DNA of 64,000 nucleotides, from contig OX597816.1 in assembly GCA_951406725.2 (NCBI GenBank), forward strand, positions 14,260,001-14,324,000, given 5' to 3'. Shown here in pieces: positions 1 to 11,775 of this stretch. The position numbers and the translations under genes are program-made. The stretch's first letter is position 1; each line of letters starts with the position of its first letter. The notes below the pieces were generated by a model. It searched no databases, was not told where the DNA came from, and saw only the letters and a program-made list of their open reading frames with translations. This stretch comes from Octopus vulgaris. Taxonomy: Eukaryota.

Positions 1-705
1 CAGAAGCAAACCCATCAGTGGCTGCGGAGCTCAGGGCTAAAAGCAGAGAGCGAAGGTTTCATCCTGGCTGCTCAAGACCAAAGCCTATCAACCCGGAACT
101 ACCAGGCCAATGTGATGAAAAATGGAGCAGACCCAAAATGCCGATTCTGCAACGACATGATTGAAACAGTGGACCACCTAATCTCTGGATGTAAAGTCTT
201 AGCACCAGTGGAGTATAAATTAAGACATGACAGAGTTGGCCAATATCTCCACTGGCTAATAAGTCGGCATTACAATATCAAAACTGCCGACAAGTGGTAT
301 AATCACCACCCTGAGGCTGTAACTGAAGGAGAAAATGTAACCATTCTGTGGGACTTTCCAGTACATACAGACCGAACCATCAAGGCCAATAAACCAGATA
401 TTGTTGTGAAAGACCAAAACAATAAAGTTTGCTTATTGATCGACATGAGCATCCCCTGTGATCATAATATCTCAGCGAAAGAGTTTGACAAGCTCAGAAA
501 ATATAAAGACCTATTCATTGAAATTGAGAAAATGTGGCATCTCAAGGCGGTTACAATACCAGTGATCGTAGGAGCACTAGGAATGATCAAGAAGGGAACC
601 GAAAATTATATGAGAATGATCCCTGGCTTACCATCCCTGCAAGAAGTGCAAAAGATTGTCTTAACTGGTACATCACACGTATTGAGAAGAGCATTGTCGA
701 TGTGA
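1..705 (+). CDS. C-terminal part of an R4/Dong-clade non-LTR retrotransposon ORF (CCHC knuckle + restriction-like endonuclease), cut by the window start
   Basis: Frame 1 is open from base 1: WLRSSGLKAESEGFILAAQDQ..TRNY, CRFC..ETVDHLISGC, RHD, ILWD, KPDIVV..LLIDMSIP..K..KY, PVIVGALG. Stop TGA at 703-705. Confidence 0.9.
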   Translation, partial: QKQTHQWLRSSGLKAESEGFILAAQDQSLSTRNYQANVMKNGADPKCRFCNDMIETVDHLISGCKVLAPVEYKLRHDRVGQYLHWLISRHYNIKTADKWYNHHPEAVTEGENVTILWDFPVHTDRTIKANKPDIVVKDQNNKVCLLIDMSIPCDHNISAKEFDKLRKYKDLFIEIEKMWHLKAVTIPVIVGALGMIKKGTENYMRMIPGLPSLQEVQKIVLTGTSHVLRRALSM

Positions 706-875
706 GAACTGTTGCTGCTCATGTATTTTAATTTAACTTTAAAAAAAAAAAAAAAAATGAACGAACTACTGAGTTTGGTTTAATGGCCTACCAATATACA
801 CTATGAGTTTCTTTGCCCTAGGAGTCGGGAAGACACTCGGCAAGAAATGGAAGAAATTTGAAAGAAAAAAAAAAG
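1..875 (+). mobile_element. 3' end of an R4/Dong-like RLE retrotransposon including its 3' UTR, ending at a (TAA)n tract
   Basis: RLE ORF, then a ~170-nt UTR ending in an A-run followed directly by (TAA)n at 876-894. Confidence 0.8.
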
Positions 876-899
876 TAATAATAATAATAATAATAGAAT

Positions 900-1212
900 A
901 GGAAGCAATACATAGTCTTAATTGAGAAAGAAAGCAAACTATGCTGAATCAGATATAGCAAGCCCAGCTGACAACAAGGTATGCAATAAGGAAGAAAGAA
1001 AAGTCGATAGATATAACAGGTTAGCTTGTGGGGTTAAGCAGTTGCGGTCGATGAAAAAGGTGGTAGTAGTACCAGTAATTGTCGAAGCCCTGGGAACTGA
1101 ATAAAGGTCTTGAGAAGTACATGGGACAATTAGGGGCTGCAATAAGGATGGAGCACTTGCATAAAACAGCACTGATTGGAACCGATCGAATACTCCGGAA
1201 GGTGCTCGAAAC
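900..1212 (+). pseudogene. Degenerate second RLE (R4/Dong-like) endonuclease fragment
   Basis: DIASPADNKVCNKEERKVDRYNRLA..VKQLRSMKKVVVVPVIVEALGT aligns by eye with the RLE C-terminus in 1-705; it contains stops and frameshifts. Confidence 0.7.
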
Positions 1213-1552
1213 AAAGATCTCACGATCGTGAGCGCAACATTCCTAACCACTACGCCACGCGCTTTTTACATACACTCACGCACACAGACACGTGTACAGA
1301 CACGTGTATGAGTGTGTATGTGCGCGCGTGCACGTGTTATTACCAGAAATGGCTCCGTCGAATGTAGCTTTAATTTCTTTAGGTCGTTCTATTTTTCTCA
1401 GCTGATCAGTAGAGGGATTGAATAAACCTATCTGTAGAGTACCTGTAATGACTACTGGAAACAGCTGTAAGCCAAATTTGCTCGGATACAGGAAAGATAT
1501 TTAATGACCATTATCTATAACTTCTCTATAACTTTATTATCCTATAACTTTG

Positions 1553-1696
1553 CATACATACATACGTACATACATACATATATAAATATATAAACACACA
1601 CATACACACACACATATATATATATGTATGTATATATGTATGTATATATGTATGTATATATATATATGTATGTATGTATATATGTATGTATATATG

Positions 1697-1740
<44 letters not shown>

Positions 1741-1765
1741 TATATACATATATATACATACATAT

Positions 1766-1810
<45 letters not shown>

Positions 1811-1858
1811 TATATATACATATATATATATACATACACACACACACACATATATATA
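1553..1858. repeat. Compound (TACA)n/(TA)n/(CA)n microsatellite
   Basis: Direct reading. Confidence 0.95.
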
Positions 1859-1859
1859 C

Positions 1860-2034
1860 TCTCTCTTTACTCGTTTCAGTCATATGACTTCGGCCATGGT
1901 GGAGCACCACCTTTTAGTCGAGCAAATCGACCCCAGGACTTATTATTATTCTATCGATATCCTTTGCCGAACCACTAAGTTACGGGGACGCAAACACACC
2001 ACAGACACACAAACATATACACAAACGTACATAC

Positions 2035-2117
<83 letters not shown>

Positions 2118-2448
2118 TACATACATGCATACGACGAGATTCTTTCAGTTTCCGTCTACTAAATCCACTCACAAGGCTTTGGTCCGCCCGAGGCTATAGT
2201 AGAAGACACTCGCCGAAGGTGCTCTGCAGTGGGAATGAGCCCGGAACCTTGTGGTTGGTAAGCAAGCTACTTTATTGCATTAAGATTTTCCATGAAGGCA
2301 TTACAAAGAGTAGTGATGAGGTGAATGATGAAACAAGGATGATATTGTTGGGAGAATACAATAAAATCGCCCGCCGATTTTCTCCTTCTCTAAAACATTA
2401 TTCTTCTGTGTGGTAAGCAAGCTACTTACCACACAGCCACTCCTGCGC

Positions 2449-2449
<1 letters not shown>
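1860..2449 (-). mobile_element. SINE family A (tRNA-derived, internal microsatellite), interrupted by a 138-bp insert
   Basis: Head ggcgcaggagtggctgtgtggtaag..ggttc, body ggatttagtagacggaaactgaaagaa, tail ..tgactgaaacgagtaaag. Homologous to more than 10 copies in the window. Confidence 0.9.
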
Positions 2450-2481
<32 letters not shown>

Positions 2482-2559
2482 TACACACACACACACACAC
2501 ATACACACACATATGTATATTAGAATGTTTGGAGGTGATGTACAGGTATTTTATATTAG

Positions 2560-2794
2560 AAATAAGGTACTCAGAAATCTGGATGGTTTTATGTTTACAG
2601 ATTTTTATTAATATGTCACACGTTTTTATAAATCATATATTAGCGCTTGCATCTACTCTAGTAGACTCCCCAGATTCAAATCTGAAGAGTCTACTAGAGT
2701 ATATGCAAGCGCTATTATATATGATTTATAAAAGCATGTGACATAATAAAAATCTGTAAATATAAAACCATCCAGATTTCTGAGTACCTTATTT
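2560..2794. repeat. ~235-bp fold-back (arms ~2560-2668 and ~2687-2794) carrying an HHR-like motif
   Basis: aataaggtactcagaaatctggatggtttta.. is mirrored by ..taaaaccatccagatttctgagtaccttatt. Confidence 0.9.
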
Positions 2795-2815
2795 TTTCTA
2801 ACATATATATATATA

Positions 2816-3028
2816 TATAGTTAATCCAAACAAAAAAAACACAAAAAAACACAGCAACGCGAGGGCGTGGAACAAATAAAGTATTATTGGACGCTCAGGA
2901 AAGAAGGGGAGACGTAAGTTTAACGTTTCGAGCGGAGCTCTTCGTCGGAAACAAAGGAGAAGGAAAGATCCCGAGAAGGGAAGACAGAGGAAAAAATATT
3001 GCTGGCGGTGCTCACGAGGTCACACACA
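2816..3028 (-). mobile_element. PLE-derived terminal fragment with a minimal hammerhead, flanked by (TA)n; near-identical copy at 60786-60997
   Basis: Repeat seen directly; HHR motif at 2918-2952. Confidence 0.75.
2918..2952 (-). ncRNA. Minimal type I hammerhead-like motif (CCGACGA core variant)
   Basis: Minus strand reads gttt-CCGACGA-a-gagc/tcc/gctc-GAAA-cg-TT-aaac. Confidence 0.65.
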
Positions 3029-3046
3029 TATAAATATATAAATATA

Positions 3047-3113
<67 letters not shown>

Positions 3114-4129
3114 TACTTACGTATGTATATAGGGTACAGATAAAATTGCACCTATTAGTGCAATGTAATAGTCATATACAATAAGTACTCAGGTTGGTTT
3201 ACCGCTTGAAACTTCAACTTGAGCTGCAACTAAAACAAAAGAGTGGTGTTGTAGCTGCCTAGCAATGAATGGCTATAAGTGGTTTATCATTGAACGAGTA
3301 GATATACAGTAGAAAGAAAGCAATGAACAGGCAAACAACTGTTATCAATTTAAGGCATGGAATTTATGATTTAAAGAAAACTGTAGATTTTTTACAATAA
3401 ATTTCTTGACATAGAATATATGTAAATAAGGGAATAAATAAAAAGATGTGAAGATAATCTCTTACAGCTGTTTCAAAAAAAGCTGCTCTTACGGAGCATT
3501 TCTCTGTGAACGGAGATAAGCTTCCCATTTACTCCCTTATTAATATACTATACTCTCCGCCAACAACTTTACAATTATGTTCTATAGTTGTTACAATAGA
3601 GTTGTTACAATTATGTGTAAATTATAAATTCGATGAGCTAAACTGAGCAAATGTTTGCCTGACAATTTTTTCTTCCTATTATATCCATGTATATATATAT
3701 ATACATGTGTGTGTATATACGTGTGTGCGCGCACGTATGTGTATGCATATGCACACATACTTATATATATATAGCTTTACGTCAGGCATTTTTTCAGTCT
3801 CCGTTTACTATATCCATTCACAAGTCTTTAATTGGCCTGAGGCTATAGAAGAATACATTTGCCCGAGGTTGCAACGCAGTAGGACTGAACCCGATGCCAT
3901 ATTGTTTGGAAGCAAACTTCTTACCACACAACCACGCCTCGGAGAAATAGGAGGAGGAAAGGTGGTAAGGAGGGTGCGAAATAAAGAATTAAAGTGAGAA
4001 AGGGGGAGGGAGAGAGAGAGAGAAAAGGAAGCAATTTATTGTCTGTTTCCAAATAAATTCACGTAGATACATGTTAATAGTTTCTTTACAAAATTAAAAT
4101 ATAAGACAAGCAAGAAACTCAATATAATG

Positions 4130-4350
4130 GGTGTGGGTGCTGAAAAGTTCCTGGCTTTAAGGGTGTCGCGAAAGGCCTGGTTAGAGGCCCAACCTTCTGA
4201 GTTCTTTTACAGAGCTTAGAAGAAGTGAAGGACCACGACAATAAGCGTGCGAATCTGAGAGGGGAATATGTTGAATAAAATCATAATTAACTGATCCTCC
4301 TGTATTTTCTTTTACCCAAAACTAGGAACTTTCAGGCACCCCCTTGTACA
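4130..4350. mobile_element. Tc1/mariner-type MITE
   Basis: Imperfect TIRs gggtgctgaaaagttcctggcttt / aaaactaggaactttcaggcaccc; right end runs into TA. Confidence 0.65.
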
Positions 4351-4614
4351 CATAGCGCTTATAATTTACAACTATATAACGCTGAGGACAACATAGGGGA
4401 GAAATAAATATCACCCCCCTCCCCATACACACACACACAAATCAACTCTGTTAAATAGTTCAGAGTAGCCAATGTCATTAGTTTCCAGATCATAAAAGCA
4501 AATAAAGGCATATTAAATCTCATATAAGATAGACTCCCGGTGTAAATGAAATCAAAAAGGGAGATAATCACCCAGAATCAACACTCATTCATTAAAACTA
4601 ACATGACATTAACC

Positions 4615-4939
4615 CAGGGGTTGGCGAAGCGGCGTAAATTACCCCAAGTGGGGTAAAAATGAAATTCTTGGGGGTAATGAAGATTCATTAGACGTAAGTA
4701 AAATTATACAAAAAAATGAGTTCCTTGTTGCGACAGAAATTTTTCCTCTGGCAACACTGCATCTGTCCAATGTAATGGATGTGTAAATAGATTCATATGA
4801 ATAGATTCAATAAAATAGACTCAATAAACCTTTGAAATTCAAAGAATCTATGATTTTCTTCCTTTCAAATCAAGGGGTAATGTCAGCGTAAATAACTATA
4901 GTTTGGGGGTAACTGGTTAAAAAAGTTCTCCGACCCCTG
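4615..4939. mobile_element. hAT-type MITE
   Basis: TIRs caggggttgg / ccgacccctg; degenerate 8-bp TSD cattaacc/cgttaaag. Confidence 0.7.
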
Positions 4940-5308
4940 CGTTAAAGGAGAGGCGGTCTGATTTCCCTGGAGACAAGAGGACAACAGTGAGTACGTATTT
5001 CTGTTCCAACAGCAAAATGTTGTTTTAACTTGACTCCAGCTAGACAGGAAATTTTGGGCCCAAATATAATGGCACAGAGTATTTACCGTTTAAGATAATT
5101 TGCATGACAAACAACAATAAGCTAATTGAAGCAACTCATAGTGGCCGATACGAACATACATACATACATGCATACATACATACATACATACATACATACA
5201 TACATACATACATACATACATACATACATACATACATACATACACACATACATACATATTACTTGAAATGGTTTTGCTATGTAATGAATACACCGTAGAA
5301 TATCACAT

Positions 5309-5626
5309 TGGAGGCGCAATGGCCCAGTGGTTAGGGCAGCGGACTCGCGGTCGGAGGATCGCGGTTTCGATTCCCAGACCGGGCGTTGTGTGTGTTTATT
5401 GAGCGAAAATACCTAAAGCTCCACGAGGCTCCAGCAGTGGGGGGGGTGGCGACCCCTGCTGTACTCTTTCGCCACAACTTTCTCTCACTCTTTCTTCCTG
5501 TTTCTTGAGTAACACTGCGATGGACTGGCGTCCCGTGTTGCTGGGGGCAACACATACGCCACAGAAACCGGGAAACCGGGCCCATGAGCCTGGCTAGGCT
5601 TGAAAAGGGCGCATAAATAAATAAAA
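5309..5626 (+). mobile_element. SINE family C (tRNA-derived); partial copy at 35692-35880
   Basis: A box tggcccagtgg, B box ggtttcgattcc, (TAAA)n tail. Confidence 0.85.
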
Positions 5627-5676
5627 AGAATATCAACATAGCGCAAGAGTTCTGCTAAGATATACAACGCCTCGGT

Positions 5677-6021
5677 CAGTGATTCTCAACCGCGCTCCAT
5701 GTGACACCTAAAGGTCCACATAAGATTTTGGGGGTTCCGTGCGGGCAAAACAATAAATTGGGTCCCAAGTATTATTAAGGGTCCATAAAAAATATTTGCT
5801 AGATGTATGTATTGGTATGTATTGTAAGAAACAGCTAGATTTCTTTCCTTAATGTTTTACATGGTGTAATTTACGCAAGTTAATGAGCGAAAAACATAAT
5901 AGGAATTTTGAAAGAAATATACACAAAACTAGCTTTTAAACTATGTCTATGGCTATGGGGTCCATCAGAGTAAAATAGTAATCAAAGGGATCCATTTGTA
6001 AAAAGTGGTTGAAAACCAGTG
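5677..6021. mobile_element. hAT/Charlie-like MITE
   Basis: TIRs cagtgattctcaacc / ggttgaaaaccagtg; degenerate 8-bp TSD gcctcggt/acctagat. Confidence 0.7.
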
Positions 6022-6260
6022 ACCTAGATGAAGTAATTCACCGCCCCAAGAGGTGTTACTCGCAGGTGAGCTAAGACAAAGAAGTGTATTCTTTTAGCAG
6101 TAGAAAATAGATCGTTTGAATGAAGAGCTTGGCTATGGTTAGGTTAGTAAGAGGGGATTGAACAGCTAATGTTCTATCATTATATATAATGTTATATCCT
6201 TTCGGGATTAATGAAATAAGTATGTATGTATATAAATATTTATATACATATTTCCCCAAG

Positions 6261-6305
6261 ACACCTGATGAAGGCTGGAGGGTATATCAGCCGAAACGTA
6301 ATGTT
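6261..6305 (+). ncRNA. Minimal hammerhead motif in a PLE-derived fragment
   Basis: acac-CTGATGA-a-ggctg/10-nt loop/cagcc-GAAA-cg-TA-atgt. The sequence just downstream recurs inverted at ~49540-49592. Confidence 0.7.
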
Positions 6306-6406
6306 AACAACAAACAAGATGAGGACAAATATCCGTCAATTGTAAATAATCTATATAATTCCTCATCTCTTAAATATAGAACTCGAATAAATATTTATGT
6401 ATACAT

Positions 6407-6487
<81 letters not shown>

Positions 6488-6569
6488 TGTATGCAAACGT
6501 ATATATTGTTTGTTTTCATGTAACCATGAAATCAGTCAAACAGTATCAGTTCCTGAGATCAATTTGTCC

Positions 6570-6953
6570 CAGTATGGCCGCAGTACTTCTTTTTATCGAC
6601 TCCGAAAGAACAAAAGGGAAGGTCGACCACGGAGGAATTTGAACTCAAAACTTAAAGACTGACGAAATGCCGCAAAGCATTTTACCCGATGTGCTAACGA
6701 TTCTGCCAGCCCACTGCCTTAAGGATGCATTAAAAAATACTTTCTACTACAGGCACAAATCCTGAAATTTGTAGGGCTGGGACTAGTCGATTACATCGAC
6801 CCCAGTACGTAACTGGTACTTCTTTTTATCGACTCGAAAAGAATGAAAAGCCGTGTCGACCTCGGTGGGATTTGAACTCAGAATTTAACGGCGGACGAAA
6901 TGCCACTAAGCATTTTACCCGGCGTGTTAACGATTCTGCCAGCTCACCGCCAT
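6570..6953 (-). mobile_element. Two diverged SINE family B copies
   Basis: gtcgacctcggtgggatttgaactcag..gacgaaatgcc..ctgccagc motifs. Confidence 0.8.
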
Positions 6954-7486
6954 AAGGATGGACTAAATAAAGCCAGGTAGTATACTGTATCAATCACTCT
7001 ATAACCCTAATATTATTGATTATTGATTTCTGATATTGGCACATGACCATATATTCGCTTGGTAGGGTGGAGTATTCTTCAAACCGATTTCATTATTTGA
7101 TTGGTTTTAAAGTTATCGATCTGGGTTAGCGGTGGTGGAGGACCAGATATTTTGTGGCACAAGCTGTTGCTTATATCTTATCGTTTGCTTGTTTCAGTCA
7201 TTAGACTGCAGGGCCATGCTGGGGCACCATCTTGGAGAATCTTTGTCGAACGAATCGGCACCGGTACTTTATTTTTAAATCTTGGTAATTATTCTATCGT
7301 TCTGTTTGGCTGAACTGCTAAGTTAAGGGGACGTAAACACACAAACACCGGCTGTAAAACGATGGTGGGATACACACAGGCACACATACACACACACACA
7401 GAAAAACATACACACATGTCTGTAACTGAGTGTGAATAGCTTAGGATGTGTGTGTGTGTGTGTGTCTGTGTGTGTGAGAGAGACAC

Positions 7487-7557
<71 letters not shown>

Positions 7558-8245
7558 AAGAGAGAGAGAGTGCGTGTATGTGTGAGGGTATATGTATGTA
7601 TTAACTGTAGCTGAAAGTTTTCGAATTGTTACCTCGAGATTCACGTCGCCGGTTTTCAGTAATCACCAATATGAAACTCAGAGTAATGCTTCAAGAAGCT
7701 TCATCTTCTAAAACAATAAACAAAATCAATATTATGCATGGAATAAGATGGCTAGCTGGCAGAATTCCCGCCAAAATGCCCATTAGATGGATATACACAA
7801 ACATATATGCATATATATGTGTGTGTATGTGTATGTGCGCACAGTATACATACATATGTCGTTGCTATTATGTTAAACTATCGTATGTCCAAATTTGGTC
7901 AAAGGCTTTTTCTTTAAATATTTAATTTTGCTTGCAATAGACGGTTCTTTTAGTCAAACTATCGCATCTACAGCTGCTTCAGATGAAAATTGTCGACGGT
8001 TTAACATGTTTCAAAAATTTAATAAGCCCCACATGTGACAGTTTTGTAAAAAATATTTCTGACTGAAAATATCATACGTGCATGGATTTACGCTTTTATG
8101 CACCCAACAAAGTATTATTCTTTTCTACTGGCACAAGGCCTAAAATTTTGAAGACACACGAGACGTCGAAATATCGTCCACTAGATAACAATGGCACTCT
8201 TCTTTTAATTTTGACTATATCTTCAGGAGGAGTTACCGCAATCCT

Positions 8246-8279
<34 letters not shown>

Positions 8280-8645
8280 TGATAAATCTCTGAGCGGGTT
8301 ATAAACAGTAGCGGTAACACATCGTGATGCATATATGCCATTCGAATATGGCTAACCCATAAGGGTGGATGCTACTGTAGTTTGTAGCCCCAGGAAGACA
8401 CCTTCTGACTTCTCGTCGACAACCATGATTGTCACACGCTGATGAAAGGTAAACACCTTGAAACTCGGGTACGTGTGTATCATGTGTTGAAGACGGGGAG
8501 GATGACTCCCCTTCACAAATACTGACAGGACACAGATAGTGTGTCTATAGCCAGCGGGAGGAGGTGTCTTCCTGGGGCTACAAACTACAGTAGCATCCAC
8601 CCTTATGGGTTAGCCATATTCAAATGGCCTATATATGCATCACGA
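8280..8645. mobile_element. Non-autonomous fold-back element with a central hammerhead, inserted in (AAT)n; relative at 22305-22690
   Basis: Inverted arms 8322-8405 and 8560-8645; (AAT)n on both sides. Confidence 0.8.
8433..8477 (+). ncRNA. Canonical-core minimal type I hammerhead ribozyme
   Basis: cacacg-CTGATGA-aagg/taaaca/cctt-GAAA-ctcggg-TA-cgtgtg: 6-bp stem I, 4-bp stem II, GUA cleavage triplet ending at 8471. Confidence 0.85.
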
Positions 8646-8750
<105 letters not shown>

Positions 8751-8752
<2 letters not shown>

Positions 8753-9308
8753 ATGCCCTGATGAAGTACCAGGCAGTGGCTCTCGTGGCTTCTGATCTTA
8801 ACTGATTGGAAGTGTTATCATGTACATTGTTTTGTCTTGGCATAAAAGATGTGCTACAGCAAATATTCTGTTCAATACCACAGATTTGCTTGTCAGTTGT
8901 TTGATCTTAACCAGTTGACCATGTCCCTTGGTGGCTGACGATATGTGCATCTCTGACCACGAGCAGAAGTAGTAGGGGAGCATCATAGCCTTGTGTTGAG
9001 AGGAATTCTTTGAGGTTTAGATAATTCGCCTTTGGAAACATGGGTGTTTCATTCAACATCCTTAAACAATCCTTATTGAGGAACCTTTTGAGCGAGATGG
9101 GTTACTCGACCTGAAGAAAATTCTAACTTGGCCCTACCTGCAAGGTCAATTGCTGTTAATCTTGATATGAGATCACCATGTCGCGCACATATGGTTGTGA
9201 TGCATGTGCCTGGTGCACCCTTATCGGACGGGTAGTCATGATGGGTATACTGGGCTTCGTATTTGTTTCCCCAGTGTCACTTTGATGGCATGCAGTGCTC
9301 TCTCACTT
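8751..9308. mobile_element. Interspersed repeat bounded by (AAT)n; partial copy at 13618-13777
   Basis: 9150-9306 matches 13623-13777 (tcttgatatgagatcaccatgtcgcgcac..cagtgtcactttgatggcatgca). Confidence 0.7.
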
Positions 9309-9871
9309 AATAATAATAGTCCTTTCTACTAAAGGCACAAAGCCTGAAATCTGAGGGAGAGGCAATCTGATAATCATGATGATAACAATCATCTCTGATA
9401 CATGCATAATGTCACAAACTTTTGGCGAGAGGAAGGCAATACTTTTGATGGAGAGTAGGGAATTATGACCGATAATATTGACTCCAGTACTTCATGATTA
9501 ACGTTTATTTCATAGAGACCTGTCTGCTTGTGATGCTAATGCTATATTTTATGATTCTCATCAGTTGCAGCCAGTTTCTCAAACCTTTAAAAGTCTGCCG
9601 CCTTCCTTGACTTTCATTTTCAAATTTTCACTAAATGTCCGAATTGTTGGATTTTACACTCTCTAAGGAAATTTCACCGTACCCTTTGTTGCGATTTTTC
9701 GAAATAAGGGTAAAATTAATTAAGGAATTAAAGAATTAATAATTAATAATTTTACCAAGTAGTTCGGTATGTTAAAAGAGCCATTATCGGTAAAATGAAA
9801 CAATTTTTTAAATAATCATGAGTATAATTATAATTAAGGTTCAGCAAAAATGTATATATATCTGTGTGTGT

Positions 9872-10150
9872 AGGCGCAGGAGTGGCTGTGTGGTAAGTAG
9901 CTTGCTTACCAACCATATGGTTCCGGGTTCAGTACCACTGCGTGGCACCTTGGGTAAGTGTCTTCTACTATAGCATCGGGCCGACTTAAGCTTTGTGAGT
10001 GGATTTGGTAGACGGAAACTGAAAGAAGCTCGTCGTATACATACATACATATATATATATGCGTGTGTGTGTGTATTTGTGTCTGTTTTTGACTCCCCCC
10101 CCCAACATCGCTTGACAACCAATAGAATAAGTACTAGGCTTACAAAGAAT
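9872..10150 (+). mobile_element. SINE family A, 3'-deleted
   Basis: aggcgcaggagtggctgtgtggtaag..ggttccgggttcagt head plus body. Confidence 0.9.
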
Positions 10151-10572
10151 ATGTATGTATGTATGTATGTATGTAAATGCGGGTGTTGTTATGTGTGTGT
10201 GTCTGTGAATGTGCAAAACGATGTGTACATCTTTTGCGACGTTTACACGAACACACAATGGTGGAAAGTCGCTGGATATGCATGTATGTACATTTATATG
10301 TCTATCATGCCGAAATAAACGAACTAGCGCCAGTTGTCAAGTAGTGAGAATACAAACAAACGCGCTTGTACAATCATGAACCTTAGGTTGGCCCCCAGGA
10401 TTTCAATGGAAGACATTTTCCGAAGGTTCCGTGTTGGGGAACCGAGCAGGAAACTTCATGCTTGTGCGAATTTCCTAACGACACAACCATTTCTGGCCGT
10501 GAATATTTCACCAATTAATTACAGTTATGCAAACAGTAGCGACAATAACAGGAAAAACAAGGACAACAATAA

Positions 10573-10916
10573 CTACTGCTACTACTACAACCACCACCAC
10601 CACCACCACCACCACCACCACCATCACCGCTACTACTACTACTACTACTACTACTACTGCTACTACTACTACTACCACCACCACCAACACCACCAGCACT
10701 ACTAATACTACTACCACCACCAACACCACCAGCACTACTACTACTACTACCACCACCAACACCACCACCTCTACTACTACTACTACTACAACTACCACCA
10801 GCACCACCACCACCATGACCACCATGACCACCACTGCCACTACCACTACTACTACTAGTACTACTACTACCACCACCAGCACCACTACCACCACCATCAC
10901 TACTACTACCACCACC

Positions 10917-10950
<34 letters not shown>

Positions 10951-10961
10951 TCACCACCACT
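10573..10961. repeat. (ACT)n/(ACC)n compound trinucleotide repeat; a similar tract lies at 11596-11910
   Basis: Direct reading; it explains the poly-Thr/His/Tyr/Val ORFs. Confidence 0.95.
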
Positions 10962-11696
10962 CGGAAAACGTGAAATAAAGTGTCTTGCTCAAGGACACGA
11001 CGCACAGCCGGGAATCGAACTCACGACCGTGACCCGAATACACTAACCACTCAGCCACGCGCTCCACGTAAAACAAAAACAGCAACGGCTGGAATAATCA
11101 CTTGCAGCGGAAGAAGTGGCAGAAGTGTAGAGAGACAATTCACCCCAGGGCGATATTTTTATGGAAGCGGCACTTCTGAATGTACTGTGTAAACCTGTAT
11201 AGGTTATATTGACTGAGGGAGGGCAGCACACTCAATAGCTACCCTGGGTGGCATACCCTTCAGCTACACCTCTGATAGTCACTCTCTACTACATTCCATA
11301 CTTAATCTTTTTAATTTTAATTAATTAAAGTTACGGGGTTGTCGCCCCTACTTCTAGTTTTCTTTTCGCCAGAATTAGATATTTAGACAATTGCTATTCT
11401 GGCTGCTTAGGATGAATTTTCTTTTTATCAAGTTCTCTTGGCTCACTTCATCAAGTCTATTAGAACTCCATCCGCTATTCAGTTTTCTTGCAGCAGGCGT
11501 CCTTGGGTATTTTTCCCCTCACTCGCTGATTCTATCGTAAACAAAGATATTCGGCTATTTCAAACAATAAGGAGGCTAACGATGGAAATATGTACACTAC
11601 TACTACTTATGCGTCTGTCTGCCATTGTCCCTACTACTACTACTACTACTACTACTGCTATCACCGCCGCTGCCGCCGCCGCCACCACCACCACTG

Positions 11697-11775
<79 letters not shown>

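Noticed and set aside
5309-5385. tRNA gene
   Set aside because: The A and B boxes continue into a repeated SINE body and tail, so this is a SINE head. The same applies to families A, B and D.
8758-8790. CTGATGA as another hammerhead
   Set aside because: No stem II-GAAA-UH arrangement follows it.
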